The position numbers and the translations under genes were made by a program. A stretch of DNA of 64,000 nucleotides from the NCBI GenBank assembly GCA_905178155.1, contig CAJINV010000001.1, positions 11,763,832 to 11,827,831 of the forward strand, read 5' to 3'. Below the pieces are notes generated by a model, which saw only the letters and a program-made list of their open reading frames with translations, ran no database searches and was not told the DNA's origin. This document shows positions 11,919-21,151 of the stretch, piece after piece (the first letter of the stretch is position 1; each line of letters opens with the position of its first letter). The DNA is from Amoebophrya sp. A120. Taxonomy: Eukaryota > Protista > Dinoflagellata.

Positions 11919-13412
11919 TCAGCTTTTCAGCTTTTCCATTGACGGACCAGCGGCCGACGAAGTTTCCGCTCCGAGCAGGAATCGCACACCGATTCCAAAG
12001 AGCATCACAATCAGGCCCAGAAACTGCCACCACGCGTAGGATTCGCGCAAAACAGCAACTGCGGCGAGAGCCGCGACCGCACGATTCAGGTTTTTGAAAA
12101 TCGCCATGGAGTAGCTCCCCGTCCGCTCAATCAGCAGCACTTCAACCAACAGGGTTACCGACGCCATAACTCCCTCGCCGAAAACGATCACGAAAAGCAA
12201 GGTTGCGTACCTCCCGTGCCCGTTCGGCTCCTTCAAAATTTGCTCGCTGCGCTCTGCCGGACGCCAATATCCACCCAAGAAATAACTGCTGTCACCGGGC
12301 GCACGACCGCTTCGTTCCGCGACTAGGGAGATAACGAGGTACGCTACTGCGCTCAAAGGCGCCTGGATGCGCATGATGTGCAGCACGGACGGGAATTTCT
12401 TCTCCGTGTCAGCTACATTAACCGCATCAAAAGTTGGATCGCCGGCAAGCAAATCGGCGTCATTTCCTCCGGGTGCCGCAGACACAATCTCCCTCCCCTG
12501 GACCAGCGGGCTGTCCTCCCGGTCGGGCTCGAATGGCGTCCCGCCGACTTCTGGCGTCGGTCCGCCGAACGAAGAATTGGAAGATACTCGCTCTAACGTG
12601 CTCTCGTAGGTTCCGGATACGCAATCGATCACGATGATGCGCATGGCCGTGACCACTGAAGCGGCAAACGCCCAACAGAGACCCAGGCCGTAGTTTTTGT
12701 GGTGAATGAAACCCGCGTCGTGGAAAAACTCTTTCGGAAGGGAAGACAGCGTGCCGCCGACAACAATCGGCAAGACGGACAAATACGCGTAGAAATTGTA
12801 CTGGATGCTGGGTTGAAAGGCGATGGTCAGCGCGATTGACAGAGCCGGCGTCATCATCATAACTGCTTCCAATATCGAAGCCGGGAGGTACAGGAGCCCG
12901 TACATCTCGGTGAGCGTATTCAGGACGTTGAAAAAGGTGAACAGCGCCAGCATCCCAAGCGGCACGCCGCAGAGGGATATTTGGGATTTTGATCTGAACT
13001 GTTCGACAAGGCTCTGGAGCTCGTTGCTCCCGGTCGGATTGGTGCTCAGATTCCGCTGCTGGCTCTCCGGTACAACCACGCGCTTCTTCAGCAAATACAG
13101 CGACACTACGATGAACCACGTGGTCGTGATAAACATGGAATGGAAAAGTGGCACGTCAAAGTGAAAGCGCAGGGATCGCAGCCAATACGTCCCGCTCTTC
13201 TCGTCGCGATGGGGGTCACTCACGACAAGCTTGAAGAAGAGCACGAAAAGAATGTAGGCGAAGGCCTGCAAAATCACGAGCAGAGCGCTGTAGCGGTGGA
13301 ACCGGTTTTCCATCATACCGCGGACACATTCAAGAGGGGCAGCGGCATGAGGTTGCCCCTGGCCCTTGGCGCTGTCGGCCGATCCCTGGCGGACAAGAAC
13401 GGGAAGCTCCAT
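11919..13412 (-). CDS. SLC35/triose-phosphate-transporter-like DMT membrane protein (paralog A)
   Basis: Intronless ORF with ~10 hydrophobic segments. Motifs FDVPLFHS, LLYLPASILE and LIERTGSYS..IFKNLNR are shared with the two neighbouring paralogs. Confidence 0.75.
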   Translation of the reverse strand: MELPVLVRQGSADSAKGQGQPHAAAPLECVRGMMENRFHRYSALLVILQAFAYILFVLFFKLVVSDPHRDEKSGTYWLRSLRFHFDVPLFHSMFITTTWFIVVSLYLLKKRVVVPESQQRNLSTNPTGSNELQSLVEQFRSKSQISLCGVPLGMLALFTFFNVLNTLTEMYGLLYLPASILEAVMMMTPALSIALTIAFQPSIQYNFYAYLSVLPIVVGGTLSSLPKEFFHDAGFIHHKNYGLGLCWAFAASVVTAMRIIVIDCVSGTYESTLERVSSNSSFGGPTPEVGGTPFEPDREDSPLVQGREIVSAAPGGNDADLLAGDPTFDAVNVADTEKKFPSVLHIMRIQAPLSAVAYLVISLVAERSGRAPGDSSYFLGGYWRPAERSEQILKEPNGHGRYATLLFVIVFGEGVMASVTLLVEVLLIERTGSYSMAIFKNLNRAVAALAAVAVLRESYAWWQFLGLIVMLFGIGVRFLLGAETSSAAGPSMEKLKS

Positions 13413-13841
13413 TTTGAAGTGATTTTTCGACAAAATGATATCAAATTGAAAATCACGGTCACTACCTGTTTTCTACTTTTGGTGATGCAGAAGTGATCTT
13501 CGCAGTGACGCTCTTTTAACCTTTTTCCAAGAAGCACTTCGCGAATGTATGATTAGTGACTCAGGCCCCGACAAACCGATACTGTGCATGCATACTGAAT
13601 CGCTCGCTGTCATTCCCCGCAGAAGACTACTCGCCAAAAGACCCATCTTCCCCTGTCGACAGAACGATAACTATCCAGAGAACTTCGGGCGGCAACTTCA
13701 AATACGCGACGTCAACCTCAACGCTCAACCGCACCTCAATCAGAACAAAAAAAAAGCATGGATTTGGATGCTTCTGATTTATTGCTGCGCAACGTTCTTC
13801 TGATGAAACTAAACAGATGATGATGCCTGTTGCACAAACTT

Positions 13842-14825
13842 TCACGTCGGAAGCACGCTCGTTCTTTCGCGCGATCGTTGCCGATGCGGAGGCATTGGAT
13901 TTCCCGACCGCTCTCTCGTAAGTTCACGCAGCAACATGGCTCCACCTCCCGACCGCTCCCGTGAGAGTTGACGCGAGGACAGCTCAGACAGTGTGGTATT
14001 GGCCGTAACTTGCCGCAGGAGCTCCGACGTGACTTGGCGCTGCAGACTGCGAATTTCGCCCCCGACTGGCACTCCGCCCAAATCCTGGTCGGCCAGCACA
14101 AAATTTTTCGCTGTCACGACCTGGATGGCGTCGTCATCTAGGTCTTCTCGAAGTGTTTCGGGCAGTTTGTCCAGACGCTCCTCTACCGTGCGAATTCTGA
14201 CTGTGCCAAACGAGAACCGTAGATACACGCCGAAGACGATCACTAGGATGCCGATGAACTGCCAGTAGGCAAAGCTCTCACGCAGGACCGCAACCGCAAA
14301 AACAATCGCAAGTATCCGGTTGATGTTTCCGAAGATGGCCACACTGTACGCTCCGCATCGCTCTATCAGACGAAATTCCGCAAACACCCACAAAAAGCCC
14401 ATGATGCCCTCGGCGACGACAAGGAATGCGACGAGTGTCGCGAACCGCTTCTCCCCATCAGGATCCTCGGCCAGAATTTCCTTACTGCGCTTCACTGGTT
14501 TCCAATCGCCGTTCACCAACCCGTGGCTCCGCTCCACAACTAGGCTGAGAACGAGAAAACAAACGCCACTGGCGGGCGCCACAGCTCGGAGGATGCTTAA
14601 CGCATCTGGCACAAGAGCGCCGGCGGTTTGTATTTCCGCGCGACGGATTTCGGGACTTCCCCCTGAATCCAGTGTGCGGCCTTCCTGCAGTAACGGCCCG
14701 CCAACAAAATCGTCAGTACGAAAATTTTCTTCGTCTCGCGGGTGCAACTGGGGCGCCGGCTCGCGCTCGAATCGCGTTGTGGCACGGTCATGTCTCGCAT
14801 GCGCGGGAACAGTCCGGTAGAAGCC
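13842..14825 (-). pseudogene. C-terminal half of an SLC35/DMT paralog (B); N-terminal half absent, abuts the retroelement
   Basis: EGIMGFLWVFAEFRLIERCGAYSVAIFGNINR is nearly identical to paralog C. The open frame starts right after the TAG at 14826-14828, has no ATG before the conserved part, and no N-terminal half is visible beyond the element. Confidence 0.65.
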
Positions 14826-14862
14826 CTAAGGCCCAAGTGAATACCTAGATTTTCCATGAAAC

Positions 14863-15027
14863 CGATGAGACCGAAGGTCGTAAATGTCTCGAAAGACGAT
14901 ACAAAGAGAAACGGCGCTTCGAAAAGCACTACCTAAACGCACAGTGGTATCGATGGGACCGAAAAACGTAATGTCTCGAAAGACGATACAAAAAGAAAAA
15001 GCGCTTCGAGAAGCAATACATAAATGG
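14863..15027. repeat. Two imperfect ~76-bp direct repeats (period 88) in the retroelement 3' UTR
   Basis: CGATG(A/G)GACCGAA..AATGTCTCGAAAGACGATACAAA..GCGCTTCGA(A/G)AAGCA occurs at 14863 and 14951. Confidence 0.85.
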
Positions 15028-15423
15028 CTGGCGTAGATCGGCTTGGCGAGGAATAAGGACTCGATCTTCCTGTTTGTAAATTTCAGCTCGCATATCCGGG
15101 TCTGGTCGTACGCAAGTCAGTTCAGCAAATAAGAGTTCGTAGTACAGCAAAGGAAAGCTGTCTTGTCGTATCGTGTGAACAGCCTTTCGTAAGTCGTCCT
15201 GTCGGGGAATTAGGTCTCGGTGTTCCAGCTCGTTATTCTCCGCTCGAAAATGCGGGTCAGGTCGTATTCAAATCACGTCAGCAAAGAAAAGCTCGTAGTG
15301 CAACATGGCTCCGTTGGTGTAGTGGGCTCTCGTACTCGTTTACAGCTCGGAAAGCCAGGTCTTGCCGTACTCAAAGTTCGGTAGTAACACAAGGAAAAAG
15401 TTCTCGTAAAGTCCTGGTCAGCG

Positions 15424-18400
15424 TCACGCCGGGGCTGGGGCGCCGGCTTGTGGGGCCTCGTCCGTCTCCAGATATCCTTCTCGGGCGAGGAGGCTTTCGA
15501 ACCTAGACGCAGCTCCTTTTTTTCTTTGGTTTATCGCGATTCCTACCGCCTCGGGGGCGTCGTCTTCTTTCTCCGTTAGTAGCTCGGCGTCTTCGAACAA
15601 ATCAAATACGTTCTCGGATGTGTCGTTCGCGGCAGGGTCGATGGAGTCCCATTCTTTCGGATTAATGTAGCAAAAATCGGCGACACTCGAAGAGACCAGT
15701 GGCACAGTCGCCCACTCTTGCTGGTTCCAAATCGGGCTCGTCGAAGAAATACGGAAGCGAGGCCCAGGTCTCTCTGAACCTTGCTTCTTCTTCGCGACGT
15801 CTGCGGCAGCGGCATAAATCTCGTGCGCCGTAGCCGGGTTCTTTTTTACCGCAGCTAGTGGCAGGGAACATATCCACGTCGTTCTACCGGTGAGGAGATC
15901 CCCATGTCGAAGTACTAGTTCCGCCACGTTTTTCGCGTAAGCTGCGTTGGCGGCAACTGAAGGCTTCATGAGATTGGCGTCCGGCAGCATTATGTTTGCT
16001 GCGAAGCGCCTCCCTGAACTCGTCTTCAGGTAGGCAGTGTTGTTCCTGCCCCGGTAGAACACGTCGTCACCCCGGGTGTCGGTCGCGGGCTCGTCGGAAT
16101 CGGGCTCGTTCTCGAGCTGGATCGTCACTCCTTCTTTCCGCATGGTCGAATTAGCGCGAAGTAGATCATAGCTGATTCTGTGGGGGAGCGCAAACTTCAT
16201 CTTGTCGCTCGTCAGAAGTCTTAACCTATCCTCTTTCTCGGTGCCCGATAAGCCCCAGCACGCCGCCTGTAGGAGGAAGTCGTAGCGCGTCTCGTTCAGC
16301 GCGATCAGCTCGCTCGTGGCCGCCCTCCGGATCGTCCTGTCGTATCTTTCTTTCCAATTTTTTATTCCCATCAACCCTGCGAAGAAGATGTCCCCGGCAG
16401 AAATCGGCTCCCCTTCGGCCTCTGCGAAACCCCGAACGAACCGGCTCAGGTTTTTTGATGTGACTCCGTAGAATTGCATCAAGCGCACTGCTACTTCGTT
16501 CGTTATCTCGTTGAACAGAGGTTCGTCGTAGTATTTCAGCACCACGAGGAGGTGGCGCACTCTGCTCGTTGTAGCCCACCCTGGGATTTGACTGAATTCT
16601 TCCAGCGTCGGTTTGTTGCCCAGTAGCCGGAAGGCCTCTCGGGTGATAGCTAAAGCGAAGCAGAGGTGCTGGCGGCAGGCGGAGCGGTAGCTAATTCCTA
16701 CTTGGCAAGCGATTGGGAAACCGAAAAGTTTGGCGCTTTTAACAATCCTTATCGCTTTCCCGAAAATTCGAAGGCATTGCTGGATCGCGGTGGCCAGTTC
16801 GTTGCACTCGGTCGCGGCATCCTGGGAGTCGTCATGGCTTATCACGATTGCTTCGCATTTTCTGACCGCCAAGAAAGTTTTTGTCACCTCTGCCATTATC
16901 TCGAAATGTTCTGCAATCATCGCTGTAACTGTCGGCAGTCTGGGTCCCACGTCGGTTTTTCGGAAAGCGATTTCCAGATCGGTGTCATCGACGCACCCCA
17001 TAGCTGTTTTTCGGTCCTTTGCATGTGGGAATTTATCGCACATACTCTGGATGAAATCCGACAGGAAGCTCGGTTTCTCGTCGACCGCAACGGCCTCGCG
17101 CTGGTAAACTTGACTGATATCTCTTTGCGCGTAGCACATCGCGGCACGGAAATCGCTTCGGATGATTTCCTGGGCGACGCGGATCATCGCTTTCGCTACA
17201 CCGATACCTTTATCGTCAAGCTTTCCGTGTTCGTCGTAGCAGAGATTGATCGCGGCTTGGGCTGCTGCCAACCAGGGAGCTAACAGTAGCGCCCCCGTAC
17301 ACCAGGCGCTGTGCGTCCCCTGCACTCCCAACCTGTAATCTGAGACGCGTAAAGTCACCTGGTCAGAAGTCAGGTAAATTTTTTTATTACTGAATCGGAG
17401 CAGGTTGTGTATGAGGAACACGGGGCGCGCGCCGACTGATTTGAACACCACGCGCGAGGTCAATCTTGTTAAGCAATTGAACATTTGCTTCAGGTCCAGG
17501 GAAATCACGAGAGTGAAATCGTCGCGGCTGATCGAGGACTTCAATTTTCTTCGTCGAAATTCGGTGGACAAAAGGCTAATCCCCGGCATCCCTCCGAAGG
17601 TCACCCCGTAGTGTCTCGCTTTTTCGTAAACCAGGGCCATAAAGTGCTGACGCAGGATCTTCTCTTTCATCCTCTCGGAGAAGAGCTGCTTGAACGTTAT
17701 CCGCAACTTCTCCGCGTCCAGTTTTTGACTGTCTTTCGCCAAAAAAGTCCCTATCATTCTTGCGGCTACCTGGTCGAGCACATCGTGCAACTTTCCGGCG
17801 TCCGTTTCATCTCTTATCGCCTTCAGCTCGCCGCTGATGATATCCACAAGCGTCTGCAGCGTCCAACCTGGCAGGCACGAAAATACCTTACCGCGGATCC
17901 CTGTCGGCCCTTGAAGCTCCTCGCTCATTTCGGCGATCGCGTCGGCGGCTTCCGTGGTGGTGATTTCCAACGGGTGGCAGAATTTTGCGTGCTGTAGCAG
18001 TAAATCCAGCAAATTCCGATACTCTGTTCCCGAATAGTCGTACTTTGCCCCGGTGAATTCGATCATGGTCATCGGCTTCGCGAAGTGTATTCGTGCCGTG
18101 TTGATCAGCGCCGTGGGGGGGGAGTCGCAAACCGTCCCGTCGCATACGATCCCTTTTACGGACTTAATCGGCTCGCCTCTCGCTCTCCCCAAATAGACCT
18201 GCTTCGCGGTTGCCATCGTCTTTTTCTTCGATTCGGCGCGCCCGTCTTCGTCCGGGTTCGCGTTTAATGAGCTCACAGGCTTGTCTAAGTGAAGTCTGCT
18301 AGAAAATTCTCTTTTTTTTACTAGCGACGCTTTTAGCAGGGTTTCTGCGATTTTATCTTCGAACTCGGAAAGGCTGCGGAAGTGATGGAAGTCCGTCCGG

Positions 18401-19902
18401 GCGTCGTTAATCGCGCGTGCGAATTTCGCCTTGTCGATTTTCTGGCCGCGGTCGATACGAATCGCGTGGCTGATCCCTTTGTAAATTTCTCTCTCCGCAA
18501 TAAATTCCAGCGACATCGCCCCACAGAAGCCTCCGCGCGGAATTATACTTCTGGGGATCATCTTGTAATCCTCGAAAGCCCCGTATATCCATCCTTCGTG
18601 CTGGCTCGCGTTGGAGTCAGCAAGCACCTGCAGGGGGACGAAGTCGCACGCGTTGTTGTCGAAAACGCTGGCTGGGTTGGTTCTGCTGCTCTCGGTCAAT
18701 ATCGGGCTCATGGCGATTTTCCCCTCGGGGATGTTGGTCTCGATCGTCCCGCAAATCCCGATGGCGGCGTGGTCTTGCATTATCTCCGGCAACTCAGTCT
18801 CCTCACCATCAGCGGTCCACCTGTACGTAACTAAGTGCCCCAGGTCGTCCAGCAGCTCTCGACCTTTCATGAAAACTACATCGGGAGACGACGCATTTCG
18901 ATAGGTTGGCCCTTCGAATGTAAGTGGGTCGTGGTCGACGGTGATCTGCTCACAGAAGTCGATAAGCAGCTTTTTTATTTTTCCCCGGAAATTCGACGAG
19001 GACGAGAGCCGAATCGAGTCCAGGAAGTCCTCGCGCGACGCGGTTTCGTGCTTCATATTCAGGTCGAAACCCAAGAAACAAATCGCCGCAGAGTCACATT
19101 GTTCTTTGTACACGGTCAGGATTTCTTGCAACTGGGCCGAAGCATGGCGGATGTTATCTTCCGTCACCTCCTGGTCCGCTTTTGCACTCGGCGTCACATA
19201 GCATTCTGCGGAGAGAATTCCGTCGCCCGCCACTAAGCTGAACCAGAGGCAGTAGTCCTCCTTTTCCGGGCATTGCAGGATTAGACTCGGAGTCACGTCG
19301 CCCGCGGTCCTGTAGTGAACTGTCCAACTTCGGGAGAAGGATATCCTCTCGCGGCAGGTGCCGATCGATGACGCCTGCCCGGGTCTCGGTGCCGCCATCT
19401 CGTAAATCGCGGCTAGTCCGGATTCGTGGGATCCCCCGATCTGCGCGCTCGACGCGAATTCGACTTTCCTCAAGCAAATTTCGTGTTTTGTGCGGCCCTC
19501 AGATCTTGTCTCGACGGGGAGGCTCGCGGCCGGGTCCAGCGTTTTGAGCTCGCTCAGCCCCAGACGAAATAAAGCGCTGGCGTTCATTTTTGCAGCCTTC
19601 TTCAGGACTTCGCTTGCTGCTTTTACCAGCCTCTCGCTTTTCTTGTTGATCGACTGGATGTTGTAGTGGATCAAGTATATCAACGTCTTGTCCACGGGGT
19701 CGGATGTTGAAGCGGCGACCCCATTCGGAACGCTATACTTGGCGCTGGCGGAGGTGGATGAGTTGCGTGATTTGAATATGTCCGAAATTTCTTGGAATAA
19801 GTTAAAAAAATTTTTGGCGACGCCAAGGGGCCGCCCTATATTGAGTAGCAGGGCGCGCGCAGGCGTCGCCCCTTCCTCCCGCGCAGCAAAAGAGCAGACC
19901 AC
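15424..19902 (-). CDS. Retrotransposon ORF2: AP-endonuclease + reverse transcriptase (start uncertain, non-AUG)
   Basis: APE motifs YNIQS, LGLSELK, CYVTP, GFDLN, PTY..SPDVVF and QDH. RT motifs QGPTGI, TFGGMPGIS, ISLDLKQMFN, GVQGT, CVDD and KLFGFP. Confidence 0.9.
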   Translation of the reverse strand: MVCSFAAREEGATPARALLLNIGRPLGVAKNFFNLFQEISDIFKSRNSSTSASAKYSVPNGVAASTSDPVDKTLIYLIHYNIQSINKKSERLVKAASEVLKKAAKMNASALFRLGLSELKTLDPAASLPVETRSEGRTKHEICLRKVEFASSAQIGGSHESGLAAIYEMAAPRPGQASSIGTCRERISFSRSWTVHYRTAGDVTPSLILQCPEKEDYCLWFSLVAGDGILSAECYVTPSAKADQEVTEDNIRHASAQLQEILTVYKEQCDSAAICFLGFDLNMKHETASREDFLDSIRLSSSSNFRGKIKKLLIDFCEQITVDHDPLTFEGPTYRNASSPDVVFMKGRELLDDLGHLVTYRWTADGEETELPEIMQDHAAIGICGTIETNIPEGKIAMSPILTESSRTNPASVFDNNACDFVPLQVLADSNASQHEGWIYGAFEDYKMIPRSIIPRGGFCGAMSLEFIAEREIYKGISHAIRIDRGQKIDKAKFARAINDARTDFHHFRSLSEFEDKIAETLLKASLVKKREFSSRLHLDKPVSSLNANPDEDGRAESKKKTMATAKQVYLGRARGEPIKSVKGIVCDGTVCDSPPTALINTARIHFAKPMTMIEFTGAKYDYSGTEYRNLLDLLLQHAKFCHPLEITTTEAADAIAEMSEELQGPTGIRGKVFSCLPGWTLQTLVDIISGELKAIRDETDAGKLHDVLDQVAARMIGTFLAKDSQKLDAEKLRITFKQLFSERMKEKILRQHFMALVYEKARHYGVTFGGMPGISLLSTEFRRRKLKSSISRDDFTLVISLDLKQMFNCLTRLTSRVVFKSVGARPVFLIHNLLRFSNKKIYLTSDQVTLRVSDYRLGVQGTHSAWCTGALLLAPWLAAAQAAINLCYDEHGKLDDKGIGVAKAMIRVAQEIIRSDFRAAMCYAQRDISQVYQREAVAVDEKPSFLSDFIQSMCDKFPHAKDRKTAMGCVDDTDLEIAFRKTDVGPRLPTVTAMIAEHFEIMAEVTKTFLAVRKCEAIVISHDDSQDAATECNELATAIQQCLRIFGKAIRIVKSAKLFGFPIACQVGISYRSACRQHLCFALAITREAFRLLGNKPTLEEFSQIPGWATTSRVRHLLVVLKYYDEPLFNEITNEVAVRLMQFYGVTSKNLSRFVRGFAEAEGEPISAGDIFFAGLMGIKNWKERYDRTIRRAATSELIALNETRYDFLLQAACWGLSGTEKEDRLRLLTSDKMKFALPHRISYDLLRANSTMRKEGVTIQLENEPDSDEPATDTRGDDVFYRGRNNTAYLKTSSGRRFAANIMLPDANLMKPSVAANAAYAKNVAELVLRHGDLLTGRTTWICSLPLAAVKKNPATAHEIYAAAADVAKKKQGSERPGPRFRISSTSPIWNQQEWATVPLVSSSVADFCYINPKEWDSIDPAANDTSENVFDLFEDAELLTEKEDDAPEAVGIAINQRKKGAASRFESLLAREGYLETDEAPQAGAPAPA

Positions 19903-20230
19903 CGGGGCCCCCAGAGTGTGAGCGCTTCAAGGCTTGGGGGCTTTGCGCTTTTGGAAAACAGAGACAAGCCGCGGCCGCACTCTTTCGCCGCCGATTCTGC
20001 GCGCTAAGGCCTCTGCATTTACAGGGCCGCGCAGATGCCCCAAGGCGAAGCCAATGGCGGTCGGCTGGCTTAGCCTCCGGCCGCTACCCTGCTTCGCCAC
20101 CATCGCGGAGGGGCGGCGGTCTGCAATCGATGCACCACCGCCCGTCCGGCAAAGGAGAGGGGGCCCGCGCGCACCTTCGGAGCACTCTGGCGGAGGTCCG
20201 CGGATTATCTCCGAGGGACACGTCGCCCAG

Positions 20231-20623
20231 GTCTTGAAATATGTCCGCGACACAAACGCCTCGCGTCTTGGAACATGTCCGCAACACAAAAGCAACACGT
20301 CCGCAACACGTCCGAAATATGTCTGAATTTTGTCTGCAATAAAAAAAAACACGTCCGGAACTTGTGTTTTGAACAACGACGAAAGTTGTGTTTTTTTGGA
20401 TGCAAAAAACACGTCCGGGACGTGTGTTCCTGAACACAGCCAAAATCGATGCCGTAGCATCGTGATTGTTTGTGTTTTTTTTGATGCAAAAAACACAACT
20501 TTTGTCTGTGTTCAGAACACACGTCCCGGACGTGTTTTTTTCACCCAAAAAAACACGAGTCCATTTGTGTTTTCTTGTGTTCGTGCGACTTATTGCAGAC
20601 ATATTCCGGACATATTGCAAGAC
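20231..20623. repeat. Nested fold-back palindrome in the ORF1-ORF2 spacer
   Basis: ~41-bp IR (20404-20444 vs 20500-20540), GTCTGCAATAA/TTATTGCAGAC IR, outer GTCTTGAAATATGTCCG/CGGACATATTGCAAGAC IR, and internal hairpins. Confidence 0.9.
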
Positions 20624-21151
20624 AAGACCCGGACTTATTCCATTCATAGTTTTTCCGGCGATGATGGTTGTTTGTCTCGTGTCTTGTGGTTGTGTTTTTG
20701 TGTTGTTTTTGTGTTTCCGCCGGAGCTCGCGAAGGCGTCGCCTGGCACCACGAAAGCCCGGGCGTGGAGGTGGACGCCCCGGCCGGTCAGATCCTACCTC
20801 CCGCTGCCACGCCCGTGTCCCCGAGCGCCAAAAAGACACAAGCCGGGCACTTACCGGGAAGCCTTCCGCCTCTCCGCGCTCTAGTCCCGCCGGCGCCGGA
20901 TCGTTCCCCCGACGCGGGGCAGCTTCGCGGCGCCGGCTTGGCTGCCGCCAAGACCGCGCCTGGCCTGCCTGCAAAAGAGGGAGGTCCCGGCTGGCTTAAG
21001 GCCCGGCCTGGCGGCCGCTCTGCTGCCTCCTCTGGCCGTTGCCTGGCGGCCCCAGAGAGCAGACACGTGCATCGCACCGCGAACCCAGTCCCCGACGAAA
21101 AGCCGGGACTTATTTTTTTTATTTGTTCCCGACATAGTCGGGCCCTATTTC

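Noticed and set aside
15307-15385. tRNA-like start GGCTCCGTTGGTGTAGTGG (A-box-like) on the plus strand
   Set aside because: No B-box or T-loop at the proper distance and no cloverleaf can be built.
18500-18560. IPRGGFCGAMSL resembling an OTU protease Cys loop
   Set aside because: It lacks the Asp, and the insert is too short with no recognisable His motif.
14863-20623. CRISPR-like appearance of the UTR and spacer repeats
   Set aside because: Only two copies or nested IRs, no regular repeat-spacer array, no cas genes, eukaryotic context.
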